This document shows, in pieces, positions 41,301 to 51,800 of a DNA stretch of 64,000 bases. The notes beneath the pieces are model-generated. The model was given only the letters and a program-made list of their open reading frames with translations, searched no databases and was not told the origin of the DNA. Within the stretch, counting starts at the first letter, position 1, and every line of letters starts with the position of its first letter. The stretch comes from Opitutaceae bacterium (GTDB lineage Bacteria > Verrucomicrobiota > Verrucomicrobiia > Opitutales > Coraliomargaritaceae): positions 192,001-256,000 of the forward strand of contig JBPOFY010000003.1 in assembly GCA_051252375.1 (NCBI GenBank). The letters run 5' to 3'. The translations under genes and the position numbers were made by a program.

Positions 41301-41645
41301 GGAGTAGTTGAGCCGGTGTTGAATCAGGCAGGTCTTTTGGAGCGTGTTCGAGGCAATCAGCAGTTGGCCGATCGGTTGGTTGGCAAGTTTATCACACAGG
41401 CCCGTGATGATATCGCGGACATACTGGTTGCTCTCGAAAGTCGAGATATCGAAGCCTTACGTTCGGCATGTCATCGGCTCAAAGGGGCGGCATTTACAAT
41501 TTCGGCAGACGGTATCGGCAATAGCGCAAAGACTCTTGAGAAGTCGGAGGGACTGACTTGGCCCGAGCGTAAGCAAATGGTCGATGAGATCGGTGAGGCG
41601 ATCGAGATGCTGTCCGCTTCGTTTAAAGAGAGTGGTGGCGCCTAG
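38355..41645 (+). CDS. Membrane hybrid sensor kinase (TM-periplasmic-TM-HAMP-GAF-HisKA-HATPase-REC-REC-Hpt)
   Basis: FLANMSHEIRTP, NLLGNAFKF, DTGIGI, GTGLGL, two receivers (VLID; LLDCQMP), Hpt CHRLKGAA. Confidence 0.95.
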   Translation: MNLTSKQMMTAKTKSLKKSGIFFRTAGLAWGIALMVVFILAVLIIPGQKRAFQGQLRSKSQAVAASLHEVTSGSVVSEDYSAVVDHCMKVLDGDSGILYLVITRNDGFSLIHRRGNWEMQDLGDEWRPSDRKRTDGFVETTPFVDEALFTHSEPFDYSGIEWGWLHIGLSLEAYHADLSALYLQVAYSALCALGITFIVSFFYARQLSDPIINLRDAVWRIAGGELSVKAAVSGPAEIVELADSVNRMTVSLSERSRVLELLRTTAQKLLTNQDWEKQLPEILLDVGEATNACGVFVYEWIVNEPDAMLFACRVAWRDPRIGESVALNFPEMLDFRDWGLVDYENVLKKGQRLSLIAGNMNHHAVPAKLRSIGIENLMITPVLLQNKVWGLQIGVSSDTARQWSQVEFNAFSAVAEMLSTVLERDRSNAELVAAKENAEAASRAKTRFLANMSHEIRTPINGIMGMLQLLQRSELDVRNRGYVDTAMSSSNGLLNVIGNILDLSKIEAGKLNVEECEFYMSEFCSRLLGPFTSQANEKGIELVLYVDESASGVWKGAEARIEQIIINLLGNAFKFTTRGEVVLRVTVGQLDSGSAELIFEVRDTGIGISEVNQKKVFESFVQLDDSLTRRQAGTGLGLTICRDLCQMLGGSISLQSVERVGSAFTVRIPAMHIAPEREMQEASTIAKGGNRRVMLLDDSPTVQDILSTYIESWGIACDYVSGEADCIDLLRRAEVEGNEYDIVLIDRSILGLNVFDLVKRLHELTFTTDTDFVLMDNYTEPLGKKELEQFGFTSSVCKPVGRSQLYNVIVNTLSSVERLGGVARKQTEASFSAEKPMPLTGRILVAEDNEVNQEVATAFLLEFGFDVECVPNGLEAINRINRGGIDCLLLDCQMPIMDGYSAASEIRAIEAKEGRERLPIIALTAHAMEGDRGRCLAAGMDDYLSKPLDFEHLELALSRYFSSSAEAAVEAREKVLPVQSTVGVVEPVLNQAGLLERVRGNQQLADRLVGKFITQARDDIADILVALESRDIEALRSACHRLKGAAFTISADGIGNSAKTLEKSEGLTWPERKQMVDEIGEAIEMLSASFKESGGA

Positions 41646-41671
41646 GCTTTGTAGGGCTAGGGGTTTTTCGC

Positions 41672-42943
41672 CTACGCGAGTTCGGCCTGTGGCTGAACCG
41701 CAGAGATGGATGCCTTTGCCGCAGGCAGACGTTGCAGGGGGAGTTCTAGGCTTAGCACGATGCCACCTTCCTCGTGGTTGAGAACTGTGAGATCGCCCGA
41801 ATGTAACTTCATCACTTGGAAGGCCATTGCTGGTCCCAGGCCGATCTCCCCTCCAGGGAAAAGGGTATCCGGAATTTCCATGACGTGGAATAGTTTGTCG
41901 AGATGTTGCTCAGGCACAGTGTAGCCCCACGATTTGACCCTGATGAATAATGTTTCAGCCGTAGTTTGGCAGGAAAGTTGCACGTTCTGCTGGTGTTTGT
42001 TGAACTTAACGGCAAGTTCGATAGTCGCCTGGAAGGCCTTCTGTAGTAAGTTGGGCTCGCACTTAACCAAGAGTGTTCCGGTTGACTGGGGTATCTGATC
42101 GAGCTCGATTTTATGCCGCACTGCGCTCGGCATTTGAGCCATCAGAGTCGAGACGAGTTCATTTGGTGACACGAAGTTGTTGTATCCATTATTCGGGCAC
42201 GCAGTCAGTTGACTTAGAGTGAGCGCATGATCGACGATTTCGTTCAGTTTCTCGACTGAATGGTGGTAGGCATCCATGAGGTCATCATACTCTTCACGGG
42301 GGAGGGGCTCTGTATTATCCAGAAGAATCTCGGCAAGACCGAGACCGTTCAGTGGTGTGCGCAGCTCATGTGAAAGGACTGTTAGGAATTCATTCTTGGC
42401 TTTGTCCAGAGAGGCCAGTTGCGCATTTGCTTTCTTGAGGTCCGAGGTCCGTATGGCTACCAAATGTTCCAGTCGCTTATTCTCGGTTGCCTGGAGCCGC
42501 CGTAATTCGTATTTGGCTAAAGAGGATTCCACGCGCGCGTTCAGGATGGTGATGTCAAATGGTTTGACGATGTGGTCATCAGCTCCGAGTTGTATCGAGT
42601 GCGCCACGACTTCAGTATCTTCCTCGGAGGAGATCACGATGATTCGGATGTCGGCCAGTTGGTCATTATCCTTGAGTCGAGACATGAATTCTACACCGCC
42701 GATTTTTGGCATGTTCAGGTCGAGAAGCACGACGCTTGGTTTTTTAGATTCGATGAGCGCGAGTCCCTCTTCGCCATCGCAAGCGCACGCACAGCGATAA
42801 CCCAAACTTTCGAGCTGTGACTGAAGTAATTCCCGGCAAACACAATCGTCATCAACAACTAGAATACTGGCCTCTGCCCTGTGTTGACTATCTTGACTGT
42901 GTTTCACGGTGGTGATTCTTCCAAAAAGATTTGCGGAGGACAA
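41672..42943 (-). CDS. REC-HisKA-HATPase-like hybrid with a degenerate ATP-binding domain
   Basis: LVVDDD/LLDLNMP receiver and LSHELRTPLNG H-box; N box reads ATIELAVKF and G1 box reads KSWGYTV. Confidence 0.85.
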   Translation of the reverse strand: MSSANLFGRITTVKHSQDSQHRAEASILVVDDDCVCRELLQSQLESLGYRCACACDGEEGLALIESKKPSVVLLDLNMPKIGGVEFMSRLKDNDQLADIRIIVISSEEDTEVVAHSIQLGADDHIVKPFDITILNARVESSLAKYELRRLQATENKRLEHLVAIRTSDLKKANAQLASLDKAKNEFLTVLSHELRTPLNGLGLAEILLDNTEPLPREEYDDLMDAYHHSVEKLNEIVDHALTLSQLTACPNNGYNNFVSPNELVSTLMAQMPSAVRHKIELDQIPQSTGTLLVKCEPNLLQKAFQATIELAVKFNKHQQNVQLSCQTTAETLFIRVKSWGYTVPEQHLDKLFHVMEIPDTLFPGGEIGLGPAMAFQVMKLHSGDLTVLNHEEGGIVLSLELPLQRLPAAKASISAVQPQAELA

Positions 42944-43048
42944 TGGGATTCCCTTGTTTACTGCAGAAATATGGACTGTTTACCTATTTTTAGCAAAGTT
43001 CGTTCTTTCGTCTACATTGCCTTTTCTTACCCTTTGTATTAGTTGCGC

Positions 43049-43328
43049 TACGGGCTGCGATACAGTTTGCGGCTGAGACGACAGTGGGTGGCAATTCTGC
43101 GTTTGATATTAAGCAATTGTCATTTTCTTTAATGCCAGTGCGACGCTGCAGTTGAGCGTCACGCCTGGTCTGGCTTATATGGTCGAAAAGAATACGGATC
43201 TGGCTGAAAGCAATGGATGGGAAATAGTGGATCAGGTTCCTCTACTTCCTGCTTCGCCTTACGATGTTCACGTCGAAACGGATGCCGCCGAGGAGAAAGC
43301 TTTTTGGCGGATCAGTTTGCAGGACTGA
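43049..43328 (+). pseudogene. Orphan, frameshifted 3' remnant of a secreted protein's C-terminal domain
   Basis: Frame A gives ...NSAFDIKQLSFS; a shift near 43130 continues NASATLQLSVTPGLAYMVEKNTDLAESNGW...EKAFWRISLQD* (TGA 43326-28). No upstream gene body is present. Confidence 0.6.
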
Positions 43329-43374
43329 TGATGCAATACTTTAGATTTTAATACCTATCGAATTATTAAAATGC

Positions 43375-43408
43375 AGAAAACGATTCTTCGATAGAGGGAT
43401 TGTTTTCT
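43375..43408 (+). terminator. Hairpin, possible intrinsic terminator
   Basis: AGAAAACGATTCTTC-GATA-GAGGGATTGTTTTCT, 15 bp including G:U pairs, followed by a pyrimidine run. Confidence 0.4.
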
Positions 43409-43466
43409 TCTTCTCTGTTCATAGAGTGAGTGCTTCTTTGTGTCCTCGGCAAAGAAGCCCCATTAT

Positions 43467-45434
43467 ATGAAGAACATCGCTTTAGGATTTGTAGTATTAC
43501 TTCTTGGACTTTGCCCCGCTTGTTTGTCGGCGAGTGATGCCGAGGTCGTGCGTCGTCAGTTTATTGAGTATTTCGTGCAAACTTCGTCGTATGAATCGTC
43601 GGTGAAGAAATATCTCGACCGGATGAACGCCGACGGAACTTGGGAGGATGTGGACTATGAAAGTAAACGGCGAGGCAGTTGGCCGACTCGGGATCACTTG
43701 AATCGACTGCAAAGCATGGCTGTGGTTTATTCAGATTCTGAAGCGCAGCTTTTCCAATCAGCTAAATTGAAGGATGCGATTCTTCGCGGATTGAACCACT
43801 GGATAGAGAAGGATTATCTAAATGATAATTGGTGGAATCCTGAGATAGGAGTTCCGCAGACCTTGGGCACAACCATGTTGCTGCTGGGCGAGGCGCTTCC
43901 GGATAAAACACTACAACAAGCTCGACCTATTCTCGCTCGAAGTTCGATGGGCAAGACTGGTCAAAACAAAGTCTGGTGTGCTGGCATCGCTTTCATGAAG
44001 GGGCTACTTTACGATGATGAAGTTTTGAGTCGAAAGGCTGTTGGTGAAATCTGGTCGGAGCTGCGTGTTTCTGCTGAAGAAGGTATTCAGCCGGATTGGA
44101 GTTTTCATCAGCATGGACCGCAGCTGCAATTTGGTAATTATGGGATATCGTTTGCGGGCGATATGGTTAAGTGGGCGAGTATCTTACGCGGAACCGAGCA
44201 TGCCTTGGACGGCGACAAACTAGAAGTTTTGCGCAACTACATGCTAGATGGAGTTTCTTGGATAATCTGGAACGGACGGATGGATATTAGTGTATGCGGT
44301 CGTCAGAATGATGAAGGGTGCCAGGGCGACAAAGGGCGTGTTACACAGAAACAGTTGAAGGCGATGCAAGCGATTGATCCGTTATTCAGTTCTGAATATG
44401 AAAGCGTCTTGGAGCGTATCGGCTTTAAATCCTTTTGGCGGTCAGAACTCGCTGTGCAGCGTAGACCAGATTGGTATGCCTCGGTTAGGATGTCATCGAC
44501 GCGGGTGATCGGTGCGGAAACATGTAATTCGGAGAATATGCAAGGACGACACTTGGGAGATGGCACGCTACTGCTTCATCGCGACGGTAGCGAATACGAA
44601 GATATCAATCCGCTGTGGGACTGGAGGCGACTACCCGGCACTACCTGTGATCAGGGGATGGAAGAACTTATTCCTAGAGGCATTAGTGGTGAATTTGGTG
44701 GCTCCGACTTTTCGGGTGTGATTGGAGATGATCAGAATGGTATTGCCGCGATGATCTATCAGAGGGATTCGTTGAGTGCTCGAAAAGCCACTTTTATGTT
44801 CGATGATCATATCGTTTGTCTAGGCAGCGGAATCAGCGGTGAAACAATTGGGGCGGTTTTTACCTCAGTCGAGCAGTCGTATTTGAAAGGGGAGGTAGCG
44901 CAGTCAAACGAATGGATCTTACACGATAGAACCGCGTATCAGTTTATTGCTGGGCAGCCCAAGTTGATGACGGAGACGGTTAAAGGGAATTGGATCCGTA
45001 GTTATCCAACACGCGGAGATCGACCCGCCACAGGCGAAGTGTTCAGTTTGTGGATAGACCATGGGAAATCGCCGGTTGCTGAGAAATACGCGTATCGTAT
45101 TTTTCCAGCAATTCCTGCGGAAAAGGTCGATCTCGCACATCTGAATGAGCGCAGCCGTATATTGATGAATTCGGAAATCGTGCAGGCGGTAGAAAACGAT
45201 GGAAAAGTGTATGCCGTTTTTTATGAGGCAGGCGAGCTGAAGTCTGCAGGTATCCAAGTGAGTGGACCGTGCCTGTTGATTGTCTCGAATGAGACTCTGC
45301 TCGTTGCCGATCCCACCCATACGCTCCGCACTTTGGATATTTTGCTTGGAAGTCGGCGAGTTACAGTCGAACTTCCGCAAGGAGCCGAGCAAGGGAAGCA
45401 AGTGCATGACTTTTTAGAACCGCTTCATCGTTAA
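43467..45434 (+). CDS. Polysaccharide lyase family 8 (chondroitin/hyaluronate lyase-like)
   Basis: Signal peptide; NWWNPEIG, TGQN, GIQPDWSFHQHG..QFGNYG, WDWRRLPGTT. Confidence 0.9.
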   Translation: MKNIALGFVVLLLGLCPACLSASDAEVVRRQFIEYFVQTSSYESSVKKYLDRMNADGTWEDVDYESKRRGSWPTRDHLNRLQSMAVVYSDSEAQLFQSAKLKDAILRGLNHWIEKDYLNDNWWNPEIGVPQTLGTTMLLLGEALPDKTLQQARPILARSSMGKTGQNKVWCAGIAFMKGLLYDDEVLSRKAVGEIWSELRVSAEEGIQPDWSFHQHGPQLQFGNYGISFAGDMVKWASILRGTEHALDGDKLEVLRNYMLDGVSWIIWNGRMDISVCGRQNDEGCQGDKGRVTQKQLKAMQAIDPLFSSEYESVLERIGFKSFWRSELAVQRRPDWYASVRMSSTRVIGAETCNSENMQGRHLGDGTLLLHRDGSEYEDINPLWDWRRLPGTTCDQGMEELIPRGISGEFGGSDFSGVIGDDQNGIAAMIYQRDSLSARKATFMFDDHIVCLGSGISGETIGAVFTSVEQSYLKGEVAQSNEWILHDRTAYQFIAGQPKLMTETVKGNWIRSYPTRGDRPATGEVFSLWIDHGKSPVAEKYAYRIFPAIPAEKVDLAHLNERSRILMNSEIVQAVENDGKVYAVFYEAGELKSAGIQVSGPCLLIVSNETLLVADPTHTLRTLDILLGSRRVTVELPQGAEQGKQVHDFLEPLHR

Positions 45435-45630
45435 AACTAAAGTATATCCCATATGTTGCAAATTTGGCAGTTATCAGTAGCTGTCATAAGTAGATGATAC
45501 TATATCCTTTAGAGAATTTAAAACGGCTCTAAGCCTCCGTTGACAGTATACCGCTGAGATTCTGAGCCAGTTCCCCTACTGGAGACGGGCTGTTTCGCAT
45601 GAGTTTAAAATTAAATTAAATTAAATTTGC

Positions 45631-45645
45631 TTAACATGGTAACTT
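45631..45645. promoter_or_regulatory. Candidate operator TTAACATGGTAACTT, copy 1
   Basis: Identical 15-mer at 51999-52013; near-palindromic; each copy lies upstream of a giant LTD/CotH gene. Confidence 0.6.
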
Positions 45646-45895
45646 TTCAGGCATTTGATTCTCTAACAGAATTTACATGTTATCTATTTTTTCTCCTTTA
45701 ATCCCCATCCCCTTACCCCGTCCCTATTACTGGGATATTCATATGAAAAAGTGATTCACGAGTGCTGTCTTTGCATCGGTCCCTGTTGTCTTTAATCCCG
45801 CGTTTGCGGTTCAGATTGAGACTGAAACAATCGGGGGCTTACACGCACAAAACAGGCTCAGTGACTTCAAAAAGTATCTAAAAAAAAGCCGCTTA

Positions 45896-48800
45896 ATGGT
45901 GCTTGTGCGGCATCCTATAGTTAAAATTTCCCCTATTATGTTTTCTTCAAAAAATAAGCTTAAACTCGGCATTTTGTTAATGTCGTTTTTCATGTATCAA
46001 GCGGTATTCGCGACCACGCCTCCTGTGATCAGTTCATTCGATGCTGACGAGAGTGTGGTCTCGCCCGGAACGGATGTGACCCTCACCTGGGTTGTCAGCG
46101 ATGCCGACGATCTTTATCTGAACGGAACTTTGCTTGAGGGCGTGGTGGGTAGCTCGATCGATGTCAGCCCGCTGATTGCGACGACTTACACGCTGCAAGC
46201 TGTGAATGCTTTTGGCAGCGATTCAGCAGCGCTCACTGTTCAAGTGACGAATGTTCCTACCGCGATTGGTGCCGATGTGCGCTTTATTGAAGTGGTCAAG
46301 AATAATACGGATGACCGCCTGCACCTTTCAGAGATCGAAGCTTTTGTATTTGGAGCGACTCCGAATGAGGCGGACGGAGATGGCACCAGCAGTAACAATC
46401 TCGTTCTGACTGCCAGCCCATCGACAGTGATACCACCAACGTCTACTGGTAGCGATCTGAACGGAGTTCACACCGCCGTTCCAGCAGATGTGTATGATGG
46501 AGATCTGGAAGCCGGTGCGGACGTTTGGTCGACGAACGATAATCTTTCATCCCCAGGTACATACATGCTCGATCTCGGAGCGACCTACACGATTGATGTC
46601 GTGAGACTTTTTGGTCGGGCAGATGGTAGTTCTAGAAGAGGCTTGGAGGATTTTACTGTGAATGTTTATGCAGACGATGGATCTGGGAATCCCGGAGCAT
46701 TAGTAAACTCGGATAGCTATCCAGGCACCGCTCCGCGTGGTGATCAAGGAAATGCAGAATTCTCATTTGCGTTTTTGGAGCCGGGCATTACTAGCTTTAC
46801 GGTGAGCAAGACTACAATTGCTGCGGGTGAAGATATTACCTTCTCATGGACAGTCAGTACGTCGGCAACGGACGTTTATATTGATAATGGAGTGGGCGAC
46901 GTGCTCCCCCTAACGGATGCACAAGGAGAGGGTGATACGACGCTGAGCCCTGGTCCCAGTGTGGATACGACTTATTTACTGGTTACCGAATATCCCAATG
47001 GAACGAGTGTTGCCTCTATCACGGTTCACGTTACAGACCAACCCCTAATCCATGGCTTTGGCGGTGATGCGGGAATCGTTGCTCCGGGAACAGCTGTGCA
47101 ACTCTCATGGGATGTTGTGAGCGCCACTTCGGTCAGCCTGAACGGTGTCGACGTTAGCGGGGTCAGCTCAATGACGGTTAATCCGACGATCACTACTAGC
47201 TATGAGCTGGTAGCCACAAATGCGAACGGAACGACATCTGAGGAAGTTATCGTGTTAGTCGTTAACTCGGGCGAACCCATCATCTCAGAGTTCTTAGCCA
47301 GTAACGGCGATGGATTGATTGACGAGGACGTAGAAACTTCCGACTGGATTGAGATCTATAACTCGACGACCTCATCGCTTAATCTGAACGGTTACTATTT
47401 ATCAGATGATCCTTTGCTTCTAACAAAATGGGCATTCCCGTCCGTATCTTTGGCGCCTGGCGAGTATCTGGTCGTCTTTGCTTCTAGTAAGGATCGTAGC
47501 GTGGCTGGCTCGGAGCTTCACACCAACTTCAACCTGTCTACTGGTGGCGATTATTTAGCTCTGGTTAAGCCCAATGGCACAACCATCCTAAGCGAATTCC
47601 AGCCCACTTACCCCGACCAGAAAACCGACATCTCGTATGGCTTCGACGAAGCCGCTCTTAAGTTCGGCTACTTCCAAAGTCCGACTCCGGGAGCAGCCAA
47701 TAGCGAGAGCGCCTCAGGCTTTGTGGCTGATACCTCTTTCTCATTGGACCGGGGCTTTTACGATGCACCGATTGCAGTCGCGATCACTTCTTTAACTCCT
47801 GGCGCAGAAATTCGCTATACTGTGGATGGTACTGAGCCGACGGCGGTTACCGGACAATCTTATGTGAATCCTCTTGTGATTAGTGAAACGACTGTCCTGC
47901 GTGCAGTTGCGTTGAAGTCAGGCATGATTCCGACAAACGTTGATACTCAAACCTATATCTTCACAGCAGATGTTGTTACACAGCCTAATATGGATACGGC
48001 CATCACTCAGGATCCTACCTACGGGCCTCAAATGGAGGATGCGCTTAAGGCTGTTCCCACTGTTTCATTGGTGTTTGAGGGTGATATTGAGCGCACCGAA
48101 AAAGCAATTTCGATTGAGTTTATCAATTTTGAGGCTGGTAGCACCCAAGTTGGTGTTGGGATGGAGCGGTTTGGTAATTATGCGACCGACTTTTCCAAGC
48201 GGAGTATGCGCATGACTTTCCGTAATCAGTATGGACCGGGGAAGTTAGACTTTCCTGTATTTGACGGCCATGATTATGCAATACCACCTGCCGCACAATT
48301 CGACGGGTTAGAACTACGATCCGGCAATCATGATATGAGTATGCGGGGAGCTTATCTATCTAATCGATTTACCGATGACACCATGTTAGACATGGGTAAT
48401 ATCTCGCCGCATGGACGTTTCGTTCACGTTTACATTAATGGTAATTATTGGGGGCAGTATCATCTCCGTGAACGATGGAATGCATCCATGCTCTCTGAAT
48501 ATTTCGGAGGCAGTAAAGCTGATTATGAAGCAGTTAATGCTAACAATTCCGGTCAGAATTTCGATAATAATGATGGATCCGTTTTTGATGGTTCTGGGGT
48601 TCAATGGGAGGCAGCGAAGACTGTCCGGGATGAGATCGCGCTGGGGAATCAGTCCTTCCCAGATATCGTAGATCTGGTGGATATACCTAACCTGATTGAT
48701 TTTGTGATGCTCTGGGTATCTGGGAATTCCGAAAGCGAATTTCGTGCTGCGGGTGGGGTTCCTCTTGGTGTGCCATTTAAGTTCTTCATGAAAGATGCCG

Positions 48801-51800
48801 ATGGCTTTCTTCGCAATAGTTCAAGGAATGTTCTCGAAGACGGTCCTTTGGATTTGTTGACGATATTGCGCACGGACGGTGATGCAGATTACTTAACGCT
48901 GGCTGCGGACCGTATCCACAAGCACTTCTTCAATGACGGAGCCTTGACTCCAGCTAAAAATATCGAACGTCTCCAGAATCGGGTCACCGAAATTCAATTA
49001 AGCTTCCTCGCCGAATCCGCACGCTGGGGCGAACGCACCCCTGCCTCATGGCAAGCATATCAGGATGATTGGATCGATAATAAGTTCCCCGCATTGACGG
49101 CGACAATGATTGCCCGCTTCAAAGCTGCAGGCATGTATCCAAGTATCGATGCGCCTGTCTTCAGTCAGCACGGTGGCGATGTCACCGCAGGATTCCAGTT
49201 AACCATGACCTCCGGTGTGCCGACGATTTACTACACACTCAATGGGAGTGATCCGCGAGTATCTGCCACTGTCACTGGAACGACGCCACCGCTTACTGTA
49301 GTGACCGAGAATGCCGCCAAGTCGGTCTACATCCCGACTACAACGACCGATGGCTTTACGGATGGGCAGGGCGATGTCTGGACTGAGCTCGACTATGATC
49401 AAAGCGGATGGACGAGTGGTTCCGGCGGTGTCGGCTTCGAAGATTCACCAGGTGATGCGATCAACTACGCCTCTCTTATTGGTCTCGATGTTGGAGGCAC
49501 GATGAGCAACCAATACGCTTCATGTCTGATCCGTATTCCCTTCAACCTATCCGCTGGTTCATTGAGCGGTAGACAGGTCGCCGAGTTGAGAGTCCGTTAC
49601 GACGATGGCTATGTTGCTTATCTCAATGGTGTGGAAGTGGCCCGTAAGAATTTCACTGGTACTCCCGATGGTCTTTCAACTGCCGATGATCACAATTCTG
49701 ATGCCTCTGCTGTTAACCTCGAAGTCGTTGATATTAGTGCTCACATGAATCTCTTCATTGAAGGGGGCAGTAACATTCTCTCGATTCATGGGATGAACCG
49801 GACGGCCGGGTCTTCAGACTTCGTGATCTCCGCCGATCTTGTCGTAGGCGAATCAGGGGCTACAGGCACGAGCGGTGCTATTTCCAGTTCCGCGATTGCT
49901 TACAGCGGTCCGGTTCAGATCAATGAGTCCACGCTGGTTCGTGCTCGTGTGTTCGATGGCAGCAATTGGTCTGCGTTGAACGAAGCTTTCTTCACCGTCA
50001 ATGCGCAGGAGCCCAGTGTCGGCGATCTCGTGATTTCGGAGATCCACTACAATGGTTACGAAACCGGCGATGTTGAATTCATCGAGTTCTACAACAACGC
50101 TGCCTATAATCTAATTATGGATGGCGTGCAAATTACCAATGGAGTTACGTTCCTGTTCCCGAACAATGTGGAACTAAAGGTAGGAGAGCGCCTCGTCGTT
50201 GTTTCCGATCTGAATGCCTTTATTGACCGTTACCAAGATGTCGCTTCACCTTGGTATCATAGCGACATCCAAGTTGTTGGTGTTTACAATGGTTCCCTCA
50301 GCGGAAGCGGGGAGGGTGTCACAGTTGAGGATGCCTATAGCGTCGAACTTCTAGACTTTGCTTACAACGACAGCGGCAGTTGGCCCGGTCGACCGGATGG
50401 CTTCGGCAGCTCACTTGAGCTGATTTCTCCTTCCGCAGCACCAGTGACCAAGCTCGAGTTGGACGCTTATTTAGACGATGGTGATAGCTGGCGTGCCTCA
50501 CGTGAATTCCATGGCTCTCCGGGTTGGGAAGGTCTGGGGCCGGATAACCGCGTCGTGTTCAACGAGGTGCTACCGCATACGGACTTACCTCTGAAGGACA
50601 GCTTCGAACTCTACAATACCACGGGATCCAGCATCAATATTTCAGGCTGGCTCATCTCTGATAATACGAGCACTTATGCGAAGTTCCAGATCCCGAATGG
50701 AACCAATATCGCTGCGGGTGGCTTCCTTGTTTACGATGAGGATGATTTCAACAGTGGTTCCAACTTGATCGACTTTGCTCTGAACAGCTCCTTAGGAGAC
50801 GACCTCTATCTCCTCGAGACTGATTCGGAGGATAATCCGATAAGCTTTGTCGATCACGTCCGTTTCGATCCTTCGAAGAACGGTGAATCCTTCGGTCGCT
50901 GGCTGGATGGAGACGGGCAGCTTTATCCGATGATCAATCGCACCTTAGGGCAGCTCAATACTAGCGCGGGTAACGGAATTCGCGTCGGTCCTGTGGTCGT
51001 CTCAGAGATCCACTACAGTCCGCTGGATCTGAATCAACCGCTGGAGTTTATCGAGATCTTCAACGCTGGCACTGTGTCTCAAAGCCTCGCAAACTGGCGC
51101 TTGCGCGGCGAAGCCGACTTTGACTTTGCATCTGAATCGTTGGCTCCTGGCGCGGTCTTAGTCATCACTTCTTTCGACCCGATCACCGATACGGTCAGCC
51201 TCAATCAATTCCTGGCTGAGTATCCTGGGGTTAGTAGTAGCCAGCTGCGCGGTCCATGGTCGGCTGGGGCGACGAATCGTCTCAACAATGGTGGTGCTGC
51301 GGTCAAACTACAGCGCCCGGACACCTTGCAAGTGCCTCCCGTTGGTGACCCGTTTTATCCGATGCTGATCGAGGACACCGTCAATTACGACAACCGCGCC
51401 CCGTGGCCCGCAAGTGCCGATGGCACAGGTCCTTCGCTCGAACGTAAGCAGACCGATGTCTATGGTGACTTGGCATCCAATTGGCAGGCCAATGCCACTC
51501 CATCGCCCGGCACGCACAACCTACATGTCTTTAGTGATTACGAGACATGGGCCGCCGCGAACGCACTTGGGGCTGGACCTCTCGCGCTTCGAACAGGCGA
51601 CATCGATTATGATGGCTCCTTAAACTTAGTGGAATTTGCGCTCGTTAAAAACCCTTGGGATAATACTGACGGTCAGCCATTTGATTACGGTTTTAAGCAG
51701 CTAACTGTCGGTTTAGAAACCGCACAATATCTGACTGTAGATTTTCAATATCGCCTAGGAGCCGGTCTCACTGTCGGAGCCTTTGTGTCCTCCGATTTAG

